Assembly (NCBI GenBank): GCA_903824595.1
Contig: CAIJXH010000007.1
Coordinates: 5,184-69,183 of the forward strand
Length of the DNA: 64,000 nucleotides
Direction of reading: 5' to 3'
Source of the DNA: an uncultured bacterium
Lineage (GTDB): Bacteria; Patescibacteriota; Minisyncoccia; Phycocordibacterales; UBA2100
Under the pieces are notes generated by a model. The model did no database searches. It saw only the letters and a list, made by a program, of their open reading frames with translations, and was not told the DNA's origin. Numbering within the stretch: the stretch's first letter is position 1; each line of letters begins with the position of its first letter. The position numbers were made by a program, and so were the translations under genes. Shown here piece after piece: positions 17,996 to 27,742 of this stretch.

Positions 17996-18355
17996 ATGGA
18001 AGCGCGCGTACCGCCAATGTATCAACACGAGGATCGTCCGTGGGGGAGTTTTGAAAGATTTACGCTCAATGAGCCAACAACAGTCAAGATAATTACTGTT
18101 CGCGCAGGGGAAGCGACAAGTCTTCAAAAGCACGCGCATCGTCGTGAATTTTGGAGAATCATTGCGGGTGATGGTTTTGTTTTGATAAATGGCGTGCGCG
18201 ATCATGCGCGCGAGGGTGATGAGTTTACGGTGCCACAGGGTACAACACATCGTTTGGAGGGAGGCGTCTCCAACATGGTGTTATTGGAGATCGCGTTCGG
18301 TTATTTTGATGAAAATGATATTGAAAGAATAGAAGATCGTTATCATCGTGTATGA
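17996..18355 (+). CDS. Cupin-domain protein resembling the C-terminal cupin of type II phosphomannose isomerase / ManC
   Basis: EDRPWGSFERF...AGEATSLQKHAHRREFWRIIAGDG...GDEFTVPQGTTHRLEG, the cupin_2 pattern with a conserved His/Glu cluster. Confidence 0.65.
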   Translation: MEARVPPMYQHEDRPWGSFERFTLNEPTTVKIITVRAGEATSLQKHAHRREFWRIIAGDGFVLINGVRDHAREGDEFTVPQGTTHRLEGGVSNMVLLEIAFGYFDENDIERIEDRYHRV

Positions 18356-19530
18356 TGCTGACCGCGATAGAGCGTTTGACCACAGTGATTACCCGTCCCG
18401 ATTTTGCACTACTTGATGCGAGTGTCTTTTTGTGTGGTGTATTGTTTTTGTTTTGGCTTGGAAGTGTGCGGAGGGATACGCGGCGACCACCTTCGGTGGT
18501 CGCCGCGTGCACACTTGCGCGTTTTACGCACAATCCGATTCTTACTCCCCATCCAGGACATGAGTGGGAAAACGAAGCAGTGTTCAATCCTGCAGCAATA
18601 GTCGATCGTGGACGCGTACACCTTTTTTATCGTGCTCTCGGATTTGACGGAATATCCCGTATCGGGTATGCGTGGAGTGATGACGGTTTCAATTTCACGC
18701 GTGTACCAGATCCTGTGTTTGCCCCAGACTCATGCGTTCCCGTGCGCGATGTGCAGACTATTGCTTCGGCACGCTATGATCGCGATATGTATGCGTCGGG
18801 AGGAGGATGGGGTGGTGTTGAAGATCCGCGTGCAGTGCGTATTGGTGATCGCGTATACATGTCTTTCAGTCTATTTGAACACTGGGGTTCTATTCGTATG
18901 GGAGTGACGTCGATTGAAATATCCGATCTTATATCGCATACGTGGACATGGGCATCGCATCGCGTGATATCGCCTCAAAATGAGACACATAAAAACTGGG
19001 TGCTGTTTCCAGAAAAAATACATGGGAAATTTGCTATCATACATGCACTCACGCCGCATAGTATGATTGAATACGCGGACTCTCTCGATCAATGGCATGA
19101 GCAGCCCATCAAAAGCAACAATCGTCGAGGGGGGAGAGTGGGTAAGTGGGATTCTTTTGTGCGTGGCGCCGCGGCACCACCTATACGCACAGAGAAAGGG
19201 TGGTTACTTTTTTATCATGGCATGGATCTTACAAAACCACGTATTGGATATCACGTAGGTGCCATGTTGCTTGATCTTGAAGATCCGACGATTGTTCGAT
19301 GTCGTTCTGATGAGCCGATTTTGTCGCCGATGATGCCGTATGAAAATGATTGGAAACCCGGAGTGGTGTATGCAAGCGGAGCCGTCATAAAAGACAATAC
19401 GCTTTTTGTATACTATGGCGGTGGTGACAAAACCGTAAACGTAGCAACGGCGCCGCTCGATCAATTTCTCTCGCAACTCACAGGTAATGTGCATATCGAA
19501 CTCGATTGCACCAACACTGTAGTATCATAA
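18352..19530 (+). CDS. Glycoside hydrolase family 130-like protein (DUF377; mannoside phosphorylase fold) with an N-terminal TM anchor
   Basis: NPILTPHPGHEWENEAVFNPAAIVDRGRVHLFYRA...DPRAVRIGDRVYM...GKWDSFVRGAAAPPIRTEKGWLLFYHG, the GH130 signature blocks. Confidence 0.75.
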   Translation: MMLTAIERLTTVITRPDFALLDASVFLCGVLFLFWLGSVRRDTRRPPSVVAACTLARFTHNPILTPHPGHEWENEAVFNPAAIVDRGRVHLFYRALGFDGISRIGYAWSDDGFNFTRVPDPVFAPDSCVPVRDVQTIASARYDRDMYASGGGWGGVEDPRAVRIGDRVYMSFSLFEHWGSIRMGVTSIEISDLISHTWTWASHRVISPQNETHKNWVLFPEKIHGKFAIIHALTPHSMIEYADSLDQWHEQPIKSNNRRGGRVGKWDSFVRGAAAPPIRTEKGWLLFYHGMDLTKPRIGYHVGAMLLDLEDPTIVRCRSDEPILSPMMPYENDWKPGVVYASGAVIKDNTLFVYYGGGDKTVNVATAPLDQFLSQLTGNVHIELDCTNTVVS

Positions 19531-19534
19531 GTGG

Positions 19535-21457
19535 ATGTATATCGTACATCGTGATCCGCGCAACCCAATCGTCGGACCAAACGCAGAGCGTGCGTTTGAT
19601 GCGCGTGCGTCGTTCAATGGCTGTCCGATAAAAAAAAGAGGCGTGACGCATATTTTGTATCGAGCGCTCGGCGTACCCGATCCTCTTGGTGCGCGCGATG
19701 GGGCGTCTGTGGTGGCGATAGCTTCGGCAAAAAGCGGAGCCTCGTTTGTCGACAATCGTGTTTTCATTGCTCCACAAGAATCGTGGGATAGGTATGGATG
19801 CGAGGATCCGCGCGTTACTTTTTTTGAGGGGACACATGTTATTTTCTATACAGCACTCAACGGAGTGCCATTCAATGCACAAACCATAAAAGTGGGGGTT
19901 GCGCTTTCTCGTGATTTGAAAACGATCGATGAACGACATCTCGTGACACCGTTCAATGCTAAGGCGATGGCGCTTTTTCCCGAACGGATAGGTGGCAAAA
20001 TCACCGCCATTCTCACGGCTCATACTGATGAGCCGCCCACCAGAATCGCCATAGCGCAAGTGGATACGCTTGCACAGCTTTGGGATGAGTCGCGTTGGAA
20101 GGAGTGGCACGCATCACTCGCAGATCACTGCATAGGGGCTGCTCGTTTCGATACGGAACAAGTAGAAGTCGGGGCGCCACCCATAGCAACGAAAGAAGGC
20201 TGGCTCGTTATCTACTCGCGCATTCAGAGATATTTTGGGGGTGGTCAACCCATATTCGGCATCGAAGCACTTCTGCTCGACCGCAACGATCCCAGGCGCA
20301 TCATTGGACGTACCAAAGGGCCTATTCTCGCGCCTGAAGAATCATATGAGCGTTATGGAATGGTGCCTAATATCGTGTTCCCGTCAGGTGCTCTCGTGGA
20401 AGGTGATCGTCTCACGATATATTATGGAGCGGCGGATACGGTGTGTGCACGCGCATCGCTCTCGCTGAACGATCTTCTGGCGGCTATGGTTTTGGAGCGG
20501 CGAGCGGCAATTGCGATACGCGATACACACAATCCTATTATCACGCCTCAATCGGGTCATACATGGGAAAAAAAAGCAGTATTCAACACAGCCGCGATTG
20601 ATATCGGTGGAAGCATACATCTTTTGTATCGAGCAATGTCCGACATAAACACATCAACGTTTGGATATGCGCGTCTACGCGATGGGTTGTCGGTGGATGA
20701 GAGAAGTGACAATCCTGTGTATGTGCCGCGCGCCGATTTTGAAATGAAGCATGGTTCTTCAGACGGAAATTCCGGGTGCGAAGATCCGAGGCTTTCGATC
20801 ATTGATGACAGAATATATATGTGCTACACCGCTTTTGACGGCACTCACGCTTGGAGTGGTGCGCTATCTTCGATTTCGAAAACTGATTTTCTCGCGAAAA
20901 AATGGGAATCATGGTCATCTCCTCGCATCATCACGCCGGACGGAGTTGCCGACAAAGACGTGTGTCTTTTGCCCGAAAAAATAGAAGGGAAGTACATGGT
21001 GTTTCATCGCGTTGACTCCAGTCTCTCTATCGGAGCAGATTTTATAAGTGACATTGAGCGCGATCGCGTCCAGCACAGCGTAAGTATTATGAGTCCTCGT
21101 CCGGGACTGTGGGATAGCGAAAAAATAGGCGTAGCTGGCCCACCCATCAAGACATCGGCTGGCTGGCTTCTCATATATCATGGCGTATCACGTAATGCGA
21201 CATATCGTCTCGGAGCGGCGTTACTCGATTTGAAAGATCCGACGGTTGTTATTGCGCGCACCACCGATACTATTTTCGAACCAGAAATGCCTTATGAACG
21301 CGAAGGACAAGTCAAAAATGTTGTATTCTCGTGCGGAGCAGTCGCGCGCAAAGACACGCTCTTTCTCTATTATGGTGGCGCAGACACCGTGATTGGTGTG
21401 GCGACATTTTCGATCAAGAAACTTCTCTCCATTCTCCAACCTAACGTGCTTCTGTAA
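19535..21457 (+). CDS. Tandem double GH130-like domain protein
   Basis: Two full GH130 units: the first begins RNPIVGP...HILYRALG, and the second HNPIITPQSGHTWEKKAVFNTAAIDIGGSIHLLYRA; 640 aa. Confidence 0.75.
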   Translation: MYIVHRDPRNPIVGPNAERAFDARASFNGCPIKKRGVTHILYRALGVPDPLGARDGASVVAIASAKSGASFVDNRVFIAPQESWDRYGCEDPRVTFFEGTHVIFYTALNGVPFNAQTIKVGVALSRDLKTIDERHLVTPFNAKAMALFPERIGGKITAILTAHTDEPPTRIAIAQVDTLAQLWDESRWKEWHASLADHCIGAARFDTEQVEVGAPPIATKEGWLVIYSRIQRYFGGGQPIFGIEALLLDRNDPRRIIGRTKGPILAPEESYERYGMVPNIVFPSGALVEGDRLTIYYGAADTVCARASLSLNDLLAAMVLERRAAIAIRDTHNPIITPQSGHTWEKKAVFNTAAIDIGGSIHLLYRAMSDINTSTFGYARLRDGLSVDERSDNPVYVPRADFEMKHGSSDGNSGCEDPRLSIIDDRIYMCYTAFDGTHAWSGALSSISKTDFLAKKWESWSSPRIITPDGVADKDVCLLPEKIEGKYMVFHRVDSSLSIGADFISDIERDRVQHSVSIMSPRPGLWDSEKIGVAGPPIKTSAGWLLIYHGVSRNATYRLGAALLDLKDPTVVIARTTDTIFEPEMPYEREGQVKNVVFSCGAVARKDTLFLYYGGADTVIGVATFSIKKLLSILQPNVLL

Positions 21458-21468
21458 CGTCTCTCGCC

Positions 21469-22791
21469 TCAAAAGAATGGTATTGAGATATTGAAAAATT
21501 GGGTGAGAAGTATGATGTTGAGGCACAATACCAATACCGCTCCTGCTGATGCGAAAATTTTGGTCAAGCGTCCGTTTGCGAATGTTCCCATAATATCGTG
21601 ACGCGACGTGAGCATGATGAGTGCTATCACGGGAACTGGGAGCGTGAGACTGAGGACTACCTGACTCAATACGAGTGCATGAGTCGCTTCTACCCCCAGT
21701 AATACAACGACGAACGACGGCATCATGGTTATCAATCGTCGTAACCATAGCGGAATCGATATCGTGGTGAAATCTTGCATGATGGTTTGTCCTGCCATAG
21801 TGCCAACCACGGAGCTTGAAATACCTGAAGCAAGGAGTGAAAGGAGAAACACTCCTGCGGCGGTAATACCCATGAGTGGTGTGAGTGTAAGGTAGGCGGT
21901 TTGAATGCTCGCTGCTTGAGAGTGACCTGTTGCATAGAATACAGAACTTGCCATCGCAACCATTGCCATGTTGACTATTCCAGCTGCTCCAAGTGCGGCG
22001 AGAACTTCCCAATTGGAATACCACAACACCGTACGACGATCTTCATCGTTGCGTACGCGCATACGATTTTGTGTGAGACTAGAGTGCAGATAAATCGCGT
22101 GAGGCATGACGGTCGCCCCCACGATACCTACGGCGAGTGTAAGTGCGTCGGCGTTTGAGATGTGTGGTACCACTGAATGATACGCAAAATCTATTATATT
22201 GGGACGTGTAATGAGAAATTCGACGAGGTAGCTCAAACTTATGAGAGATACAAATGCACCGATGACGATTTCCATCGGTCGAAATCCATAATTTTGCAGG
22301 AGCAATATGCCATACGTTACAAAACCGACAACAACGAGACTCGCGAGTATAGGCAATCCAAAAAGAATACTCAAACCGATTGCTCCACCCAAAAATTCTG
22401 CCAAATCGGTTGCCATGGCCGACACCTCGCTCGTAGCCCACATGCAATACACCACGGGAGCAGGGAAGTGTTCGCGCGAAAGTGACGCGAGACTCTTTCC
22501 CGTGATGATGCCTAATTTTGCTGAAAGCGATTGGAAGAGCATTGCGATACAATTGGAAACGACGACGACCCACAAAAGCTCATAGCCGAACTGCGCTCCT
22601 GCTTGAATGTTTGTAGCAAAATTACCGGGATCCATGTAGGCGATTGAAGCGATGATCGCGGGACCAAGAAATGGAAGGAGGCGTTTGATCCCGGAAGATT
22701 CTCCAGAAAGCGCTCGTTCTCCTGCCGATATGGTCCTATTCGACCATTCGGAGACATGTAGCAATTCACTAATCATATGAGATAGTGTCAA
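21469..22791 (-). CDS. mntH: Nramp-family divalent metal (Mn2+/Fe2+) transporter
   Basis: LGPAIIASIAYMDPGNFATNIQAGAQFGYELLWVVV, which contains the Nramp DPGN motif; about 11 TM helices; 440 aa. Confidence 0.9.
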   Translation of the reverse strand: MTLSHMISELLHVSEWSNRTISAGERALSGESSGIKRLLPFLGPAIIASIAYMDPGNFATNIQAGAQFGYELLWVVVVSNCIAMLFQSLSAKLGIITGKSLASLSREHFPAPVVYCMWATSEVSAMATDLAEFLGGAIGLSILFGLPILASLVVVGFVTYGILLLQNYGFRPMEIVIGAFVSLISLSYLVEFLITRPNIIDFAYHSVVPHISNADALTLAVGIVGATVMPHAIYLHSSLTQNRMRVRNDEDRRTVLWYSNWEVLAALGAAGIVNMAMVAMASSVFYATGHSQAASIQTAYLTLTPLMGITAAGVFLLSLLASGISSSVVGTMAGQTIMQDFTTISIPLWLRRLITMMPSFVVVLLGVEATHALVLSQVVLSLTLPVPVIALIMLTSRHDIMGTFANGRLTKIFASAGAVLVLCLNIILLTQFFNISIPFF

Positions 22792-22936
22792 GTATACGCT
22801 ATATGTTGAATTCTATCCAGTATCAAAAGGTAGCATTATCCGCTCAATCACCCACTCACCCTGCTCTTTCCAAGACCTATTTCGTTCGCTATACTCTCAA
22901 ACAACACTGACGTGCGTATCAGTGTGTGACGATCAT

Positions 22937-23008
22937 TCCGGGGTAACTCAATGGTAGAGTGGCTCCCTGTTAAGGAGTAAGTTGTGGGTTCGAGTCCCAC
23001 CCCCGGAG
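22937..23008 (+). tRNA. tRNA-Asn (anticodon GTT)
   Basis: Acceptor TCCGGGG/CCCCGGA, anticodon stem GCTCC/GGAGT with loop CTGTTAA, T-arm GTGGGTTCGAGTCCCAC, discriminator G. Confidence 0.85.
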
Positions 23009-24566
23009 CCGAAGGTCGGATAATATACCACCCTGAAAAAACCCATTGTTTTGGGCTTTTTCAGTTTTTGGTGTTTTGTAGAAGGCTTCCTCTGCTTGCA
23101 AAAGTTCTGCAAACAAGGGGGAGGGAACGGAGGTTACTATAACCCCATCGGCAACCTCGAAGTGTTCCCAGAAAAACGCAAGGTATTGCCGCTTGAGATC
23201 AAATGATGCTTTCGTGTATGCGTGATAGATGTCGCGTGCCAGCAGCAGTACCTCCTGCGCGACATCTACATTCATGTCTCGCTGATCTTCCAGTCCAAGT
23301 AGGTCGTCGTCAATGTCTGTCATTTGAGTCGTGATCTCTTTTCGTATTCGAGTGAAATCTGCGTCTTGAATGACACCATCGAAGAGTTTATCCTCTGCGG
23401 TCTTTCGTTTGCCTTCAAGGGCGGTTCTCTTGTTCACGAGTGCTTGTCGCCGACCATCGTACCTCTTCCGCCTATCAAGAAAGATGTGTTTCGTCTTGTT
23501 TATGACGATATTGATGAACTCGTCCGAGAATTGCAGGTCTTTGAACTTTTCGGCAATCTTGCTTTCAAGATCGACTTGCTCGCAATACCGCCCGCACCCC
23601 ATCCTGTTGGAGCAATGGTAGTAAGCGATACCTTTTCTAATGCCACTCTGCGACATAGCGTTTTCCATGATTGGCACAGCGCACGAAACCAGAGAGGAGC
23701 CATTTATGCTTTCGCCTGCGGCACGCCTTGTGATTGTTGTGTTCAAGTATCGTCTGTACCTGATTGAATGTCGCCTCGTCGATGAGCGGCTCATGCTTGC
23801 CGTTCTTGTTGTGTACCTTTCCCCACTTCACTTCACCGAGGTAGATGCGATTACGCAACAAATCATAGATGCGGCTCGGTGATAAGGGGTTCCCTTTGTG
23901 GCTTCGCAGTCCGCGACGACTCATCGCGTCGGCAAGGTCGTATACGCTGTATACACCAGTTGCATAGAGACGGAAGAGTTCGGTAATGAGTGGAGCGGCT
24001 ATCGGGTCTGGGACGATTATCTTGCGCCCAACACGACTCACGTTTGGGTCAGGATTATCGGTGTTGACATATCCTGCGGGAGGAATGGTGGGGAAGTAGC
24101 CCGCCTCGGTTTTTGCGTAGAGTGTACTTTTCACCTTGTCCGATATTTGGTCGCGGTAATACTGATTGATGTTCGCGTGCATTCGATCCGACATTTTTGA
24201 GTGAGCATTGTTTTCGGGGCTTGCCTGTTGAATGTAGATGAGTCGGATGTCGTTTTCGAAGATAAGATCCATGAATTCGATATGCGCTCGTTCGTTGCGA
24301 AACATACGATCCGACGCAAGGGTAATAACTGCCTCGATTTTCTTTGTTGTGATGAGGTTTCTGATGTGATTCAGCCCAGGTCGTTCGGCTTTATGACCGC
24401 TAATGCCGCCATCATCGAGAATCTCTAGCAGATCGTACCCGTCGCGCTCTGCACGTTCACGACAGAGCTTTTCCTGTACCTCCAAGGATAGTCCATCATC
24501 TTTTTGATCTTTTGAACTTACCCTTACGTAACCGACTGCCAATGGTTTTTCTTTTTTATGATTCAT
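22970..24566 (-). pseudogene. Large serine recombinase, split by a frameshift into two overlapping ORFs (23637..24566 N-terminal part; 22970..23794 C-terminal part)
   Basis: The N-terminal ORF carries the resolvase catalytic domain (AVGYVRVSSKDQ...) and the recombinase domain, ending ...GFVRCANHGKRYVAEWH. The second frame continues with the zinc-ribbon part (YYHCSNRMGCGRYCEQVDLESKI) and a coiled coil; together about 535 aa. The last ~12 codons run through the tRNA-Asn gene. Confidence 0.7.
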
Positions 24567-24653
24567 AGTGCGTATAATAAGTACTAATGTTTAGAAGTAA
24601 TGTGTACGCGAGTGTGGATACATGAGTTGTCTGAATCATCCACACTCAATCCG

Positions 24654-25664
24654 CTACTCATCGGAGGAAACACTAGATGGGTTTTCGTCCGATCCGACAG
24701 TTATCGAGTAATGTGCTTTGTTGTGTTTACTGGTTGTCCGTGCCAAACGCCCCTCGTCCACAAGTTGTGTGAGAGCCGAAGTGAGCACTGATCGGCTGAA
24801 GGCTTTTTCCACCGATTCGTCAATCTCTGTCAGGGAGAGTTCTGTAGCGTCTGTTTTTGCGAATGCTCCCATCACAGCGTTTTTTGCTTCATCCCGCTTC
24901 TCTCTTTGTTTGTCATATTCACCGATATATTCAAGACACACAGTGCCTAATGCAGTGTCCGCCATCACCTTTGCGGCAAACTCATCTTGCACGGGTGCCT
25001 GTCGAAGTTTATGTTGAGCAAATATGACGACACGCTCTTTCTTCTGGTACGAGAGCGCTATGTGGGAATCCACTGCCGCGAAGATGTCGGATGAGCCACG
25101 CAAGCTATTCGGCGACGTTGCACCCTGAAACAATTCTTTGCGATGATGGTGAGTACATATTACGCTCACGCCCTTGGCAGTGATTCTTTTCAGGTTGCCG
25201 AACACTACAGCAATCTGTCTCGAGTCGTTTTCATCTCCTTTGTGGAATCGAATAAGCGAATCTAAAACAATGAGTCCAATGCTCTCCTGTTCAACGTATC
25301 TAAGGAGTGCTGCGACATGCTCCTCCTTGTCTAACTGGAAGCCCTCGTCAAAGTTGAACCACACAAATGCATCCATCGATGCGCCAAGTGATATGAGTCG
25401 CTCTTTGATGTGCTTCGCATGGTTTTCTTTGTCGAGAATGAGTACATTGCGTTGGTGGGGGATTGTGAATTGTCCGAGGAATGGTTTGCGTCCAGCCACG
25501 CACAACGCGAGATGCAAGCACGCCCACGTCTTGTAACTTGCAGGCATTCCCGAGATGACCGTGATGGTCTGTGTCGGGATCAGTCTCTCGACGAGCCAAT
25601 TATCGGTGCCATATTCTGTACCGAGAATGTCGCGTACTGTCGTCGCTTCGAATTTCTTTTCCAT
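24654..25664 (-). CDS. RecA-like P-loop ATPase (AAA_25 / RepA-like helicase-loader family), typical of plasmid and integrative-element replication modules
   Basis: A Walker A-like ISGMPASYKTW, a Walker B LIVLDSLIRFH, and a C-terminal acidic tail. Confidence 0.65.
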   Translation of the reverse strand: MEKKFEATTVRDILGTEYGTDNWLVERLIPTQTITVISGMPASYKTWACLHLALCVAGRKPFLGQFTIPHQRNVLILDKENHAKHIKERLISLGASMDAFVWFNFDEGFQLDKEEHVAALLRYVEQESIGLIVLDSLIRFHKGDENDSRQIAVVFGNLKRITAKGVSVICTHHHRKELFQGATSPNSLRGSSDIFAAVDSHIALSYQKKERVVIFAQHKLRQAPVQDEFAAKVMADTALGTVCLEYIGEYDKQREKRDEAKNAVMGAFAKTDATELSLTEIDESVEKAFSRSVLTSALTQLVDEGRLARTTSKHNKAHYSITVGSDENPSSVSSDE

Positions 25665-25684
25665 ATCAGTGAATATGTTACTTG

Positions 25685-25912
25685 CTAATGGTTTCTAGGA
25701 GATTGCTCCTCCTCCAATCTTTCCTGTGCTTTTCGCTCGGCACCCTGTTCAAGGATTTGCGCCGCCAGAAGCTCGGCAAAAAGCAGTGCTGCCTGTGTTA
25801 TCCGCTCATGGTTCTTGTATGCGTTATTGTTGATAATGTCTCCCATGCGCGGGTAGTTTCCCAAAAGAAAACTGCCCAAACTATTGGGCAAGATAGAGCG
25901 ACGATAGGGCAT
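25685..25912 (-). CDS. Hypothetical small protein (75 aa)
   Basis: An ORF in the intergenic space of the element's minus-strand operon; no recognisable motif. Confidence 0.3.
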   Translation of the reverse strand: MPYRRSILPNSLGSFLLGNYPRMGDIINNNAYKNHERITQAALLFAELLAAQILEQGAERKAQERLEEEQSPRNH

Positions 25913-25923
25913 CAGATTTTGCC

Positions 25924-26778
25924 CTATTCAGGGTACTCAACGATCATTAGATATTTACCTGCGCCCCTATCAGGATTCAGAACATCCACATGAATATCTT
26001 GTGATGACGCCTTTCTCAACTTACTTCGGATACGCCTCACATCATCGCGGAATTGATCTTTTTTGCGATTTGCAATTTTCAGCATTGCTTGGACGGAGGT
26101 AAGTGTTCCATCTCTGATCGACACATTACCGCGCTTCTCCATGCGATTCTCGAACAAGATCTCCACAATTTTGCCCTGAGAACGATAGAAAGGGACTTTG
26201 AATTTTCCATAGTCCAAATACCCATTCGCAAACTTCAAATGACATGCCTCGCGATTTCGGACGGATTTTTTCAAGTCATGTTCTATTTTTTTCAGCTTCT
26301 GTGGCAAGGTAGCTCCATCGAAAGAGAAATTGGCAACAATTGCGTCGATGGTGAACGGACCATCCACGTCGGGAACCTCAACGACTTGTGATTTGAGATT
26401 CTTGATGACATCCATTTTCTCAAGTTCAATCAGGAATCTCTCTTTGATCATCGAAACCACTCGCATCGTTGGATTTACGGCAACTGCTGAAAACAGTCCG
26501 ACAACGAGTGTGTAATCATTCGGTGCGGGTTTTTTGGCACGAACAATGGACAGAAGTTTTTCAACCATCTCGAGTTGGTACTCACTCTGACGAGAATATA
26601 TGCCGCGTAAAAATTCCTCATCCATCCTATCCGTGATCAAACGGACTGGTGTCTTGGAAATGCGTCGCGCTGTCTCTAAATGCTGAATCTCGTGAATGAT
26701 CTCTGGCGCAAGATTATCAAATGGCGGATGATTCATAGTCATCAGTAGTTTCCAGTTTTTATGCCCTATATAGTACAT
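25924..26778 (-). CDS. Hypothetical protein (possible replication/initiator protein of the element)
   Basis: 284 aa, basic C-terminus; first gene of the minus-strand operon, beside a divergent intergenic region that holds hairpins. The start may be the internal Met at 26742. Confidence 0.45.
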   Translation of the reverse strand: MYYIGHKNWKLLMTMNHPPFDNLAPEIIHEIQHLETARRISKTPVRLITDRMDEEFLRGIYSRQSEYQLEMVEKLLSIVRAKKPAPNDYTLVVGLFSAVAVNPTMRVVSMIKERFLIELEKMDVIKNLKSQVVEVPDVDGPFTIDAIVANFSFDGATLPQKLKKIEHDLKKSVRNREACHLKFANGYLDYGKFKVPFYRSQGKIVEILFENRMEKRGNVSIRDGTLTSVQAMLKIANRKKDQFRDDVRRIRSKLRKASSQDIHVDVLNPDRGAGKYLMIVEYPE

Positions 26779-27022
26779 AAAAAACTAAAAACTACGAAAA
26801 GAATAGCGATAATGTCGCAATCGCTCTGCATCGGACAAAGACAGCCGCGCATAAACACGAGACGATAATCGAACCATTTGAACACTTTGATCATCCGCTT
26901 TTCGCAAGGGTGTGCGAACAGTGGTATAGTGGCGGGGTACGTTTCGGCGTACTCACACAACCAATATCGAGCCGCAAGGCTAGTGCCTAAACCATCGAGT
27001 CATCGGTGGCATGGTGCGAAAA

Positions 27023-27063
27023 CGTAAGTCACAGAAAACCCGTCATTCAGGGCGTGACTTACG
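27023..27063. promoter_or_regulatory. Perfect 10 bp inverted repeat (CGTAAGTCAC...GTGACTTACG) with a 21 nt spacer in the divergent intergenic region of the element
   Basis: It lies between divergently transcribed genes 25924..26778(-) and 27103..27720(+); a candidate operator or origin. Confidence 0.3.
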
Positions 27064-27102
27064 TTATAGGGGGAAACTCCTATATGACCGCAAGGTCTCC
27101 TG

Positions 27103-27720
27103 GTGGCGGGCTTTATGTTGGAACAAAAAACACAATTTATTCAGAATGAAGTACTTGGCTTGGTTATTCGAGGTGCATTTCCGCCGTACACTAAAATCTA
27201 TGCCAAGATTGCCACGGAAAAAAACAGGGCACGAATGCGACACATAATCCGTGAGAAGATTGTTGAAATGGCGGAATTGTATCGGCAAAAGCATGTTTCT
27301 CCCGAGGCACATGTTGATAACATCGAGACATTGCAAAAATATATCAATACGCAATGTTGTAATTTTTTGACGAAAGAAATCTCTTTCGGTATCGCTCAAA
27401 AACTATTGAATCTCTATCTAAAATATGAATGGTGCCTGAATAGATTCAATCACGATGTACATCCGCCACATTGTCCTGTGGACTCCATTGTAATCAAGCA
27501 AGCGAACAAGGAGGGTGCGAAAATACCACCAAAGCCGCCATGGTCTCAAATGGCAGCGAATGATTACCTGTACGCGATAGAAGAAATTGGCAGGGTGGCT
27601 AGTAAGTGCCAAAAGAATATGCCCGCATGGGAATTGGATATCTTCAATGCGAATAATCCTGCCTACGGATTTGATGTCAGTGTGGATAAATCGGTTGGAT
27701 TTTTATCGGATGGAAACTAA
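27103..27720 (+). CDS. Hypothetical protein
   Basis: 205 aa, several Cys (CCNF, HCPVD); no recognisable domain. The start could be the Met at 27115. Confidence 0.45.
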   Translation: MAGFMLEQKTQFIQNEVLGLVIRGAFPPYTKIYAKIATEKNRARMRHIIREKIVEMAELYRQKHVSPEAHVDNIETLQKYINTQCCNFLTKEISFGIAQKLLNLYLKYEWCLNRFNHDVHPPHCPVDSIVIKQANKEGAKIPPKPPWSQMAANDYLYAIEEIGRVASKCQKNMPAWELDIFNANNPAYGFDVSVDKSVGFLSDGN

Positions 27721-27742
27721 TATCGTATCGTACTAAAAAATC

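Noticed and set aside
21221-22573. Several 80-270 aa ORFs on both strands inside the Nramp gene
   Set aside because: These are shadow frames of a polytopic membrane protein; they are His/Arg/Cys-rich and without motifs.
22792-22936. Possible Mn riboswitch in the mntH leader
   Set aside because: None of the yybP-ykoY conserved elements was seen in the 145 nt leader; MntR-type regulation is more usual for Nramp genes.
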